From Proteromonas lacertae (lineage: Eukaryota), in contig NGBS01000007.1 of assembly GCA_002245135.1 (NCBI GenBank), forward strand, positions 124,001 to 188,000: DNA of 64,000 nucleotides, written 5' to 3'. The position numbers and the translations under genes were made by a program. Positions 14,757-27,834 of the stretch are shown in pieces (position 1 is the stretch's first letter; every line of letters begins with the position of its first letter). Below the pieces are notes generated by a model. The model was not told the origin of the DNA and searched no databases. It worked only from the letters and a program-made list of their open reading frames with translations.

Positions 14757-15749
14757 AGAGCTATCAATTCACATTTATAAGTATAATATTTAATATAATT
14801 TATAAAAATTATAGTGAATACTATTTTTGTATCACTAAATTCATGAAATATGAAGATATTTAATAAAGTTCTATCATTACTAAAGTATATGATTATGATT
14901 CTATAAAATAGATTACCTTATGCTGGTTCTGCATTAGAAATGACATTTATATAAAGTATATATTATTAATTTATATATTCAATAGGTTGTATAGAAATTT
15001 TTAGAGAAATTTAAGAATCAGTAATAGTTTAGAACAGTTATTTAATTTTTTTATTATATTTATGATGTTTATATATGCTGTTAAATAGTGTAATACAGCT
15101 ACTAAGGTGGGAGCAAGTAAATATAAAAAAAGCTAATATCTTCATATCTACAGGGAATTGAGGGGAAATAACTTGATAACTGATCCATATATGAATACTT
15201 TTTACGATCTGCACATAATATCGCCTAACAAGCCAAATTTACTCATCAAAATTAATTTCTCTCAATCCAAAAATGGCCTATACCACAACCCTTTAAATTA
15301 GTGTCCGATGCCAACAAAAAAAAATCAATGGTTTTAATTTCCCAAATAAGGAATACGTTGTATTAAGGTTAAAACACTTCAAACTGTATTTAATTTTTAT
15401 AACCTTAGAAAGAAAATCAAAAGATTTTGTTTATGTTATGTTAGTAGCTATGACTATATATATATAAATATGCAATAAAGAGATAAGATACCTAAATTAG
15501 GTAAATTAGAAACTAACTACACTATCATATATTCTAACATATAATTCATGTTATGGTAAAATTTTACTTTTTAATTCCTTATGGTTATTGAGAAAAAAGA
15601 CAAAAAAGACAAAAAATACACTTAGAAAATTTTTATAGTGATATTACTCAAATAAATCTTTTGAATATTTAAAGATATTTAAAACTATTCAGTTATTATA
15701 AATTATCAAACACAAGCGTATAGAATTTCTTAAGAAAGATTATATAAAT

Positions 15750-17064
15750 GTGTCTATACCTGATCATTTTGTACCAACATTACCAACATTACCAACAGTA
15801 GAAGGTAGGAACTGTGATAAAGGCATTTGTTTTGTTGAGCTAATGTTTAGTCACGTAAATGATCTGTTGATTCAAAAGAAGATGATTGATAAACCTGTTA
15901 AATTCTCTATTCATCACTTCATTCAACATATATTCAATTTCTCTGATACACCTGATAATAGACTTCAATGTAAAGCAGAGTTTCCCTTACCTATTAGAAT
16001 AACTCAGATAATGGGTTATTTAGCAAGTGGAAGTGGACCTGTATTATATGAAGATGATCCTACAGAAATAACAATCGAATCGTTAATCGCAAATAATGAT
16101 ACATACACTAACAAGCAAATAAAAGTACCTTATTTAATAGGGACAGTTAGTAATACAGTATCTTTTTATAGTACGATAGATAGAATAAAAGAATTATTAA
16201 CCAAATATCCATCATTATTAGGAATGGCATATATGTCACTTGATAACTTAAACGTAGTTAAAAAATCGTATTTTTTTTGAAGATATGATGGATAAAGAAG
16301 ATGGTACTGATAGAGAAGATGAAATAACTCATTGTATAAAAATAATAGGTTATGATGATAATTACTCAAAAGAAAATTACAATTATACAAGAAATAAGCC
16401 AGAAGTAAATGGTGCTGTATTAGCTGAGATGATTTGTTTTGAGGGAATATCATATTTATGGATAAGTTATCAGTCTGTTGAATTTCAGCTTTTTATGTAT
16501 ATAACTGATATATCAATAAATACAAAAATGTATAATGTATATGAATATGATGTAGCAGGTCCAGAAAACTTATTGACTACTCCAGAAAAAGAAGAAATTA
16601 TGGGGAAAGGTGGTATTTATATAATACGAACAGTGAGTATGAAGAATGTATTTAAAACCAAGAATCCAGGTAAAGAATATTTAGAATATTTAAAATTTAT
16701 GTTATATGATGTAAAAGATCCAGAAATAACAGTAATGGATGGAGATGAAGTGGTTTATCACTATTTATCATCAGATTTAGAAACAAGAAATAAAAATTAT
16801 CCATATTTAGAACAATTTTTAGTTCAGGGATATAATTCATTTAAATTAGATAAACCTGTTTTACTTACAAGAGAATCATTTTCAATTGAAGTATCTATTC
16901 GTGGTATTATGCCTACTATATATACAGATAAAGTAAAACATAATACTCCAAATGTTTCATATATAAATGGAATAGATATTATTGAAGAAAATAGAGGAAG
17001 AATAAAGGATAATTTTGATGAAATACAAGGTCATTGTTGTTTAAAAGCATTGACATTTGAATGA
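15750..17064 (+). CDS. Divergent prokaryote-type C1A (papain-like) peptidase plus lectin-like domain; one frameshift, possibly a pseudogene
   Basis: GICF, HCIKIIGYDDNYSKENY, YLWISY, YNVYEYD and terminal CLKALT match the C1A/Lectin_like layout; removing one T from the T8 run at 16271-16278 fuses the ORFs; no in-frame ATG directly upstream. Confidence 0.55.
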
Positions 17065-17482
17065 TAGTTGGGTTTTATACTGGTGGTATAATTGGTAATA
17101 TCAAAACTATTGGATTTTACACAAAACCAATAACATTATAATAAATATTATATTCAATTATTGTATGTTTTAGAGGGATGATTTATAATATACAACATAT
17201 ATCACTCTTTAAGAATGTATCACTTTGAATTTCTAAGTTTCTTGAGTAATAATCTTTTTCTAATAATATATACTTGCTATTTTTATTTATTCGAAACATT
17301 TTAAAAGGATGTATATTAGAATTACAACATTTAATCATTAATGAGTATTATTCATCATATTTTAATATCATCCTGATGTTGAACAACAAATTATATACAA
17401 ATATTATTATTATTTAAAAAAAACTATACATATAAAAAAACTATATATTATTTTTAAATTATTAATTAAAATGAATATCAAG

Positions 17483-18864
17483 TTATTTTCTTTCATTTAA
17501 CCATCCATTTGGATCATTAATTGGTTGTGACATCATCAACAACTGTTTAATAGACATAACAGGTTCAGCATTATTATTATTATCATTCTGTAATAAATCA
17601 TCAGGATTATTTGATATTGGTAATTCTGTTTTGGTTAAAACAGGTAATGGCGGTAATGGTGGAGGTATATTCTGCTGTACTTGCTGTTGATAATTCACTG
17701 GTGGCTGAGGTGGAGGTGGTGGTACAAACAAAGGTTGTTGTTGTTGTTGTTGTTGTAATTCATTAATATTTGTTAGTTGAGGTAATGGTGGTGGTGGTGG
17801 TGGTAATGGAGGTGGAACAAATAGTGAATGTTGTTGATTCATTGATATTTGTTGTTGTTGTTGTTGTTGTTTACTATCATTATTTGGAGGCAAAGGTGGT
17901 AATTGAACATTAAGTTGTTGTTGATTATTCACTGGTGGTTGAGGTAATGGTGGCGCTGGTGGAGGAGGAGGTGGAATATTCTGCTGACTTTGTTGTTCAT
18001 TATTATATGACTGTTGCTGCTGCTGTTGCTGAGGTGGAGGTGGTGGTGGTGGAGGAGGTAGTCTTCTTTCTTGAGTTGGTATTTTCACTGGTATTGGTAC
18101 AAATGCATTATTGTTATTGTCACTTTGATATTGCAATGGTTTAGGTGGTAATGGTGGTGGTGGACCAACTGGTAATGATGTTAATTTTTTATTTTCTTTA
18201 ATATCCTTTTTATTATTATCATTATCATTTGTTGATACAGGTGTAGAAAACCATGAATCAAATAAATCGTATGAATCAGTGGATACTTCATTAAATTCAT
18301 TATCTTCAAACACATTGTATTCTTTCTCTTTTTCTTTATTATTAAAATTCTTAACTTCATCTTGTTCTTCAAATATTCTTGTGTTTGTTTGTATTTGATA
18401 CTGCTTTTCTTCTTCATATTTTTTGAATTCTTTTAATTGTTTATCTATATCTGCAAATGCAATACCATTGATTTCTAAATCATATTGATCTATTCAAATA
18501 ATTAAAACGAATATATAAAAATACAATGACCTTTTAATCTTCCCATTAACACAACAAACTCTGTATCATGATATTCAAAACTATATTGGAAATCTGTTGT
18601 TTCAACTAAAGTACCTTCATAAACTAAACGATTGTTACAGAATACTCGACTAGATAAGTGATTGAAATTAATCTACATATTTCCTGCTCCTAACGAGTGT
18701 GTTAATCCAATTACAATATCTTTTTCATTAATTTCCAAAAGCCATTTTATACTGTGTTTAGATCCAGAAATGAACTTCCCTACATTTTCTTTGCTCATCC
18801 ATTTGGCTTTAATAGTAGCAGAGTAATCTGAATTCAAAGAACGATTCGACCGATAAGATGACAT
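17483..18864 (-). CDS. Proline/glutamine-rich protein with a possible FAIM1-like N-terminal beta domain (multi-exon)
   Basis: N-terminal W..I..IVIGLTHS..AG..RVFCN pattern; polyproline tracts in the last exon. Confidence 0.6.
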
Positions 18865-18969
18865 TTTACTAACTAGTTAAATAGATATCACTCAATTATT
18901 TGAAAAGTGATTGTGGGGTATAAAAAATCCTTCTGCCAAAATTTTGAATCTAAATTTAAAATTCAAATT

Positions 18970-20462
18970 ATGTCAGAAACTCAACAATATGATGAGCAAT
19001 CTCTCCAAAACCAATATGAAGAATCATTTGACTGCGAATATATCAATACTCCACCTCCATTAGAAGATCTTCAATCTTTAAATATACCCTCTCCAAATAA
19101 ATTACCAAAAGAAAACATACTAAATGATGTACAGAATATATTAACCTTGTAGACTTTTGATTCTGAATCAAACTCAGATCAACTATTGATTAATAGTGAA
19201 GCAAATGATGAAAGCAACTTCTCTCATTGTGAAAATTCAAAGAAATGGCTTAATTATAATGATTACTACCATATATTAGAAGAGGCAGAAAATGGCAATT
19301 ATTTATACCCATTGTACGAATATATATACGATTTCAACTTTATTCAGTTACGATCTCGGCATAGATGATAGAGGAATAACAGTACATCCTGAAGATATCT
19401 ATTCAAATCCAACACCAACATTGTATATACTGAAATGTGAACATTTAAAGAATGGCAAACCATCATTCGGATTTCCAAGATTAAGTAATAAAAGGATCAA
19501 ATATTATACATGGAAGAAGCAAGGATTTACTACAGATTTACCAAAAAATAATCCAATCGTTAGATATATAACAGCAAATTGTTATCAAAGTAAATATATT
19601 GTTTTATTATATATATATATTAGCTGTCAGATGTGGAAATAAAGGTGGTGGAGCTTATTCTCATGTAGATCCTTTATTCAGAATGCATGCAGTAATGAAA
19701 ATAGAAAATGATCATAAAAATAATAATACAAAATATAACAAAAATAATAAAACATATTCCATGAATGAAATTGGTCCATATGTTCTGATTCATATCACAG
19801 CAGCAGCTTCCTCTACAACATCTACGGCAGTTTCAACTCCAATTTTTAATGATATACCTTGTGCAGATATGATTATAAATGACAATGATCATTATAATGG
19901 ACAATTCAAAATAGAAAAAAGAAAATATAAGAATGAAATAAGTAACAGCAGTTCGCAATTATTAAATATTCCCTTTCCATCTAATTTTAATGTATTTATT
20001 ATAATATTAATATATATATATATATATATATTATAATTAGGTTAGTAAAAGTAGAAAAAGGCCTCATTTAACCAGAGGTTACTCATTACCATTTCCAACT
20101 TACAATAATAATAATAATAATAATTCCTATACATCCAATAATAGTTGTAATTTATTTGATATTTCTGAATCAGTTCCTTATACGTTATCTGGTACTGATG
20201 ATTTCTTATGTTCTCCATTAATGATGGATATTAGTCCTCTCCTACTAAGTCCTTTGTCTCCTTCTTGTTCATCATCCTGTTATTCAAAGAATACAAATAA
20301 TAATAATGATAAAATGGATTTAAGCTTTTGTGAAATAGATAAAGATAATTCAAATAGTAATAATGATAATGATTCTTTATTATCACCACTTCCTCGTATT
20401 TATAGATATTTAATTATTATTATTAAAATATAGTCGAATCTTTAAACACTTTCAATATTTAA
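18970..20462 (+). CDS. CG-1-like DNA-binding domain protein (multi-exon)
   Basis: KWLNYNDYYHIL...YTWKKQ...DPLFRMH...YVLIHI follows CG-1 (CAMTA) motif order; 24-nt intron 19129-19152 removes an in-frame TAG. Confidence 0.5.
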
Positions 20463-20555
20463 TGAATTTGATTTACATTTTACTTGTTTTTGTTGTTATA
20501 ATATTAATAATTAAAAAAACATGTAAAAGACTTAATGGAGTTTATAAACATAAAA

Positions 20556-21018
20556 TTATATATCATTTGGTAGATAAGTGAGTTGAATCCAAGATCCACA
20601 ACACAGACATCTTCTTTCAAGACTCCATCTAATATGTTTTGATGTATAAATCGGATTATCATTTAGAATTTCTAACTCTTCTTTCAATATACCTAATAAT
20701 TGGTTAATACATATAGAAGGAAGTAATAAGGATAGACCAAGTGTAAATATCATTCCAATCCATCCAAAATAATAACATAAATTACAAGGCCAGTAATCCT
20801 CACATATGTGGTTGATTATGCTCATTCCGTAATCAAATTCTTTCTTTGTTAACTATTTTATGAATAATATTATTTAATACTATGTTATTTAATCCTTCTG
20901 GGTAAGTATTATCATAATGATTTGATATCCCATTTATAAAGCATTTCCCTGTAGGATAAAATTTGAAAACGGTGTTATCCTTATTGACATACAAAACTAC
21001 ATCCTTAACATCTGTCAT
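20556..21018 (-). CDS. Erf4/GOLGA7-like palmitoyltransferase accessory subunit (2 exons)
   Basis: YDNTYPEGL..I..EEFDYGMSIIN...C..C..G..FTLGLSLL pattern. Confidence 0.6.
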
Positions 21019-21158
21019 TATGTTAAGAAAACCCTCTACTCACCGATTTAAATTATGAGTAAGTGTATCTTATTATGTTAATATATACAATATAGTAAAA
21101 CAAACACTTAATATAATATGCATTAGATAAAAACAATTAGAAATAAATATACAACAAT

Positions 21159-22101
21159 TTAAAGGATTTTTGGTTTCTTTATCTTCAAAATCGATTCAGA
21201 AGATTGTGTATCCTTATTACTAGCAACCCATAGATATTTCATAAATTCATCCTCACCAAATCCTTTTGTAGAATTATCAATTTGATTGATGAATTTACTG
21301 TAAGTTTCTGATTCGATTTTTCTCATTATTAATGTAGAATTGGCATTTGCCATTGATTTCAGATACAATACTTCAGCTTCTAATTGACCTTTTATTCTCT
21401 CTATCTCAGCAAGCATTGTATATTGTTCTATTAACGTTTCTGCTTTAATCTATAAACAATAATATATAATTCAATAAATTTACTTTTGTTAATTCCTGTT
21501 CTGCTGTTGCTACTGATATATTTTGTTCAGCATTTACACTAGATTGTATAGCGTTTGATATTTCATTTGGTAGGTCCGAATCAGTAAAATAAACCTCTGT
21601 TACATTGACTGAATACTTTATCAGTTTTTCACTCAAATCCTTTTTCATTTTTGCAACAATATTTGATCTACCTTGATATACTTGAAATGCATCAAAGGAA
21701 CTGAACACATCACATAATATCATTGTAATCTCATTCTTCAATACTGTGTCATAATCTACATAATCAAACAACACTTTCTTAATATCATCAAATGTAATTA
21801 TATATTTAAATACCACTACTACTCCAATAGGCAATTCCAATCCATCAGACGATCTAGCTTTTAGATTGGTGAATCTGTAGGATTGTTTAAGAGTACTAAC
21901 TGTTTTGAATGATTTATAATATCCAGTATAATAAAGTCCTTCAGTATATACTTCTTTATCAACAAATCTATTGATTAATGTGTTATAAGCAATAGCTGCA
22001 CAATTTGAACACACTGAAGAAAAAGCTGGTAATATAAAGCTTACTAATAGTATAATAGCAAATATAAGAACAACTACAATCCCAATAGTCCTCTTGATCA
22101 T
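21159..22101 (-). CDS. SPFH/band-7 domain membrane protein (2 exons)
   Basis: N-terminal TM, ARSSDGLEL, DLPNEISNAI and coiled-coil AxAE region. Confidence 0.75.
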
Positions 22102-22247
22102 ACTCTTTTTAAAAAACTAATAATGAAACGAATATATTTTTGAATATCATAAAACAACCATTACTCATCATTTCTACTATATAAAAGCATAAAAACAAAA
22201 AATAATTCATATTAAATAAATAAAATTTAAAATATATTTGAAAACAA

Positions 22248-25200
22248 TTATAAATCTGGTGTATCTCCACTTTTAGTACTTTTAGACTTTGTAGATGGTA
22301 AAAGTTCCTCAATATTAACACTTTTATTAACACAGAATGGTGAATGTGACTTATATCTCTGAATTAATTCCATTACAATATGTACTAACTCTCTAGGTTG
22401 TAATGGTTTAGTAGCAATCTCATCAATACCTGCTTCTTTACACACTTTATATATCTCTTTAGGATTTTCACCTGTCAATGTGATGATTGGACCTAAATAA
22501 TTCAAATTCTTCCTCAACAACTTTGCCAATTCATAACCAGTTATTTGTGGCATATTTAAATCAGTAATTATTGCATCATAATGATTGCTCTGTACTAATT
22601 TCAATGCTGTAGTGCCATCACAAGCTTCATCTCCTGTTGCATTACATAGTTTCAATGCTTTTAAGACAATCTTTCGAGATAATTGAGAATCATCTATTAT
22701 TAGAATATGTTTCTTTGACATATCAGCTGTTTGAACTGTTTGATGCATTTGACCTTTCTCTTCAGGTGGTTCTTGACACTTTTCAACTGGGAAAATGAAA
22801 TAAAATAAAGTACCAACATTCTCCTATACATATATAAATAATAAATAATAAATATATATATATATTCATACAGTGCTTTGACAACCAATTTCACCTTTCA
22901 ATACTTCTTTCACTAATATTTTACACAAATATAATGCTAATCCTAAGTTTTTATTCTCAGTACTATTACCATTATTACTACCACCACCTCCACCACCATT
23001 TTGATCTTGTGCAAATGGACTATCAAAAATTGTATCTAATTTCTCTTTAGGAATTCCTTTACCTGTATCTTCAACTGATATTTTGATTCTATTATAACCT
23101 TCTTCTACTACTTTTACATTAATACTTCCAACTGATGTATTCGTCAATGCGATTGTTAAGAGATTAGTTAAAACCTGTTGTACACGATGTTTATCAAATA
23201 TATACCAACCTTGTCGATCAAATAGTTTATAAAAACAACGAACATCAGGTAATTCTGCTATCTTTGGCTGTAAAATATGAAATACTCTTTCCACTAAATC
23301 ACTAAATCGATAAGGCACTGGATTGGCTAATAATTTACCTTCTTGAAGTTTCCTTATATCCATTCCATTATTCACAACATCAGTTAATAATTCACAAGCT
23401 GCATTTAAGGAAGCAACATTTCTTTCTAAAGATAATACTCTTTTATCTCTTTCTACTGATGAGACCTTTGGTTTCATTGATTCTTGGATAGATAATACAT
23501 TGTCTGAGAGATATTCGCCTATACCAATAATGGCTGTTAATATATTTCTAATTTCGTGATCTATAAATGAGGAGACTTTTGTCATTTCTTCAAAACTTGT
23601 TGGGACAACTGTTGCATTCTTTCTTTTACCAAAAATTGGAATATGTGTTGTTTGTAATATACCACTAATCAATATATAAATATAAATATAAATATAAATA
23701 TATATATACAATAACATAATTGCTGAAGCTATTAATCCTAATAATAATCCTAAAACAAACATAACTGCATCAAAGGTTGTTTCTGACTCTATAGTTTCAA
23801 CTATTGAAGGAATATATAATACATCAATAGAAGTGTCATTTTCTGCCTTTAATAATTCTTCCAAATTCTTTTGTAATTCAGCTAATTCTACATTGTAATT
23901 TGTATTATTGGTTATTATCATAAATGATATTTTGTTGTATATTAAATCAATTGCTTTGGTATAATATTTAGTAAAATGTGATAATAAAGAAATGGATTGA
24001 CTTTTTTCTATTTATTATATTATAATAATTCTATATTTTATATACGTATTATATTCTTCATAATTCTTCCAGTATTACTTCCTTCAAATACAGTATCATT
24101 ATTGCATGTTACAAATGTGGTAAAGCCATAAGGTATATAATCACATTCACTGGATTCATCATCAATCACTTCATCATTAGCTTCTTCATTATCATCCACA
24201 ATTGATTTAAGATAAGATACCATTTTACTGCTTAACTGTATGTCATTATTATTATTATTATTATTGATAATTGAATAACAATAACCATTCATTACACTTG
24301 CATGACTATTCATATAATATATATATATATATATACTCTTTACTTGGTAATAGTGAATAATCTAAATAACTATTTTCTTCTAATAAATACAAGTACTTTG
24401 TAGATAAATAACCAACTGACATTCTCTTCATTGTACCGTTGATTACATTGGCTTCTGTGTACTTAAAACAATCCAAACTGGCGATAGGCTTTTTATAATG
24501 ATTAAACCACGAATTGAGTAATTCTAAAGCTTGAATATTCTCTTTTCGATTTATATTCATTGTTCCACTAAATTAATTATTTAATATTATATATATATAT
24601 ATATATATACTCTTGATCAACTGTACCGCCATTATAACTATAAAATAGTGTAGATAATAACCTCATGAAGGCTAATTTGTCCCCAGCTGGAATATAAAGA
24701 CTCTTTTTGAATAAAGGTAAGTTTCTTAATGTCCTTGTCATAGACTCAAATGATATCCAATCATTGTTCTGCAATACTTGTTCAGAAAAATAATTATCAA
24801 ATATTAGTATATCAGTGGCCATTATTCCTGGTAAACAATATTCTGATATTGGTAAATGATTACTTTGCAACATGATTTTGTATTTCTTTGTATCAAAACC
24901 ATGATATCTGTCTAACCTCACCAAGTTTGATTCCAATTCTATAATATACTCGGCTGATATTAGCTTTATATCCGTTATAGTATTCTCTATTGGCATGTTT
25001 ACACAATAATCAGAAAATTGCTCTGAAGTTAGGTTTACGGATATTAAATTAGCTGCTCCTAAATCTACATTTTTATTTAACGATTTTAGAAGGGCTGTCA
25101 GGAATTGAGGAGGTAAAGATGAGGTATAGACTGTTATTGGTGATGTTGATTCTTGATCACTTATATAGGATGTACAAAATGGCAGAGAGTCCGAAGCAAC

Positions 25201-25248
25201 TACGCTGACAATTATATATATAATCAAAATAATTAAAACAAAAACCAT
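22248..25248 (-). CDS. Membrane hybrid sensor histidine kinase (extracellular region-TM-HisKA-HATPase-receiver), multi-exon
   Basis: H-box FIDHEIRNILTAIIG, G1 VEDTGKGI, F-box IFDSPF; receiver LIIDD...ITDLNMP...LTG...TKP; ORFs joined by short introns. Confidence 0.85.
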
Positions 25249-25522
25249 AAACGAATTCAAGCCAAAACTTGTACAGAGAAATACAATATTCGATATTTTT
25301 GATTCAGAAGGTCTTTTTTAGAAAAATTAAATGTTAACTCATAAAATAAAGAGCACAATAATTTCAATTTTTAGCTAAACTAATTAATTAATATTTAATG
25401 ACTGAAGAGTTTGCTAGATTAAACCATGACACATCATATATTCCGTTATTATTATTTAAAATATGCATATTCCATAACGTTATAATATTGATATTTCACT
25501 TTTATTTTGAAAAATATAAAAG

Positions 25523-25532
25523 CCCGCGAAAA
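25523..25532. promoter_or_regulatory. E2F-like site (TTTTCGCGGG on - strand)
   Basis: CCCGCGAAAA about 60 nt upstream of the Myb-like gene ATG, in CpG-poor DNA. Confidence 0.5.
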
Positions 25533-25589
25533 TATTCTTTCTTTAATTAAAAGGTAAGTAGCTTATAAAATCTAATATATTTTGTAGAT

Positions 25590-27672
25590 ATGAGCTTGAC
25601 TGAATGTCACCTAAAGACTCCATACACACTGAAAAAGAATAAGGAAGAAGTATAGTCTTTATTGTATAATGTGTAAATAGAATAAGAAATACATTCATGG
25701 AGTAGATTCAAAAAGCGGTAATGAAGAGTTAGTCATTAAAAAATCTATTTATTCGACTGATGCTAATTATTCTGATGCAGACTTTGAAATCATAGAATTG
25801 AAGTATAGCTTACCGTATATTCCAAATGAATATAATTTATGGCACAAAAATAAGCAAAAAGCATGGAAATTAATCCCATCTTGTCCATCCTTATATTATT
25901 TCTTTTATCTTGCTCCGGGTTTACACGAAGCAACTTATCCTCCAAAAGAAAAAGAGTTTGTCGAATCATTGCGAGTGTATCCACCTCAATTAAATGGATG
26001 GGGATTATTTTCTCTTCATCTTCCTGGTTACACTGGTAAGCAAGTATATATATGCCTTTATATTATTATATAGTGTTATGATTATTACATGACTTTGTTA
26101 TCAGAGAAGAAAGTAAGTGGAAAGTATAAATCATTACCAGTTTTTCAAAAGACTGATATTATGACTTACTACACTGCATAGTATAAACCTTTTCATTATT
26201 CTAATTATAGTCTAAATGCTTGCAAGTCCTATACTGCGACAGTAAAAGAAGAACATCATCATAAAGCTCCAGCATATAATAGACATAATGACAATCATCA
26301 TCATCATCATAACAAGAAACAAAAAGTTGATAAAGACAAAGACGAAGATGATGATGATGAGGAGGATGAGGATGATATAGTAATTGAAAATAGAAAAATA
26401 AGGAAAAATAAGTCAAACAAGCATTACAAAAAGAAGAAATCAACCAGCAGCTATAAAAAGAACAAAAGTAAGAAGTTTAAGTATATAGTTGATGATGATT
26501 CACCTGAAGAAATATCATTATCTGAAGAAGATGATGATGATGTAGAAAGTGATTTATTTTCAGTAACAACTGATGAGAATTCTCATGCAGAGGAGGAAGA
26601 AGAAGAAGATAATGAAGATGAAGATGATGAAGATAGTGTTATAAAACTGGTTAGAAAGAAATTAAAGAAAAATGTGAAGAAACAAGAACCTAGTAATACC
26701 ACTCCAATATCAAATAGAAGATCTTCAGATATAGAAATTACACCATCAACAACTAAATCAATAGAATTAACCCCACCTAGTTCAATATCAATAAGAAATG
26801 ATGTAGAATCTTCACCATTCCTAACCCCAGCTAGTAGTATTATGTCTGTCAAAACTACACCCGATTATACTAATGATAAAGAATCTAATGACAGTATTAA
26901 TAATATTTCAGAAGTTCACACACCTGAAAGTGAGAGAATTAAAGATGATAGTACAATATCTCCCCCTCCAGCTGTTAAAAGATCAAATATAGAAAAATCT
27001 GCCTATTATAAGACTAAACAAGATGATACTAACACAGGTATATTAGATTCTCCAATAAGTGATGATTCCACGCAAATGGAAAGTGTTAATCAATCAAAAG
27101 AAGTAGAAAATAGTGGAGAAAATAGTGAAGAAGAAAAATATGAAGAAAAAATGAAAGATGATGTTGAAAAAGAACTTGAATATCAACAATTCAAAAAGTC
27201 ATTAAAAACAATAGTAATGAGAAAAAGAAAGTTAGATAATATAAGTGAAGGATACAGCAATAAAAAGCAAAAGAATTTAATATCATTATTATCAAGAGAT
27301 TATACAATATTACCTGAGATTAAAATTCCTTGTGAAGATGTAAATGTTATACCATATGAATATCAAATGATTAAATATCATTGTGAAATGGAATTTAGAA
27401 GATTAACTCAAATGGTGATAAATTCTATAGAATTATTGAGCAGAGAATATCATAATGTTAATATACAGTCGGATAAAAGTAAAGTAGATAAGATGTATAA
27501 GTATGTAGTGGATGAATTAAAACATCTAGAAAATAAATACAATGAAGGAATTATTGATATTCAAAGAAGATATAATGCTGAATATAGCATTGTTAAATCT
27601 TTTGGTGGAAAAATAGATTATAATGACGAGAATTTGTTATGTAACACTTACATTAATCCATTTTATTTGTGA
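25590..27672 (+). CDS. Myb/SANT-like domain nuclear protein (multi-exon, probable 5'UTR intron 25554-25587)
   Basis: Spliced WGLFSLHLPGYTGKQCYDYY is a Myb helix 2-3 pattern; acidic and basic disordered regions. Confidence 0.65.
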
Positions 27673-27834
27673 ATATAATTCACCTTTTAATCATATTATA
27701 TTATTAATTCTCTTTATTTAACCCATAAAATAACAAATCAATAAACACATTATATATATATATATCATAATCAAGTTAAATTCATTTATATAGAAGTAAA
27801 TTAAAGATATTAAATTTTTGTCAACTTTAAATTT

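Noticed and set aside
19129..19152. In-frame TAG suggesting stop-codon reassignment
   Set aside because: It is the 3' splice site of a 24-nt intron; long exons and conserved genes translate with the standard code
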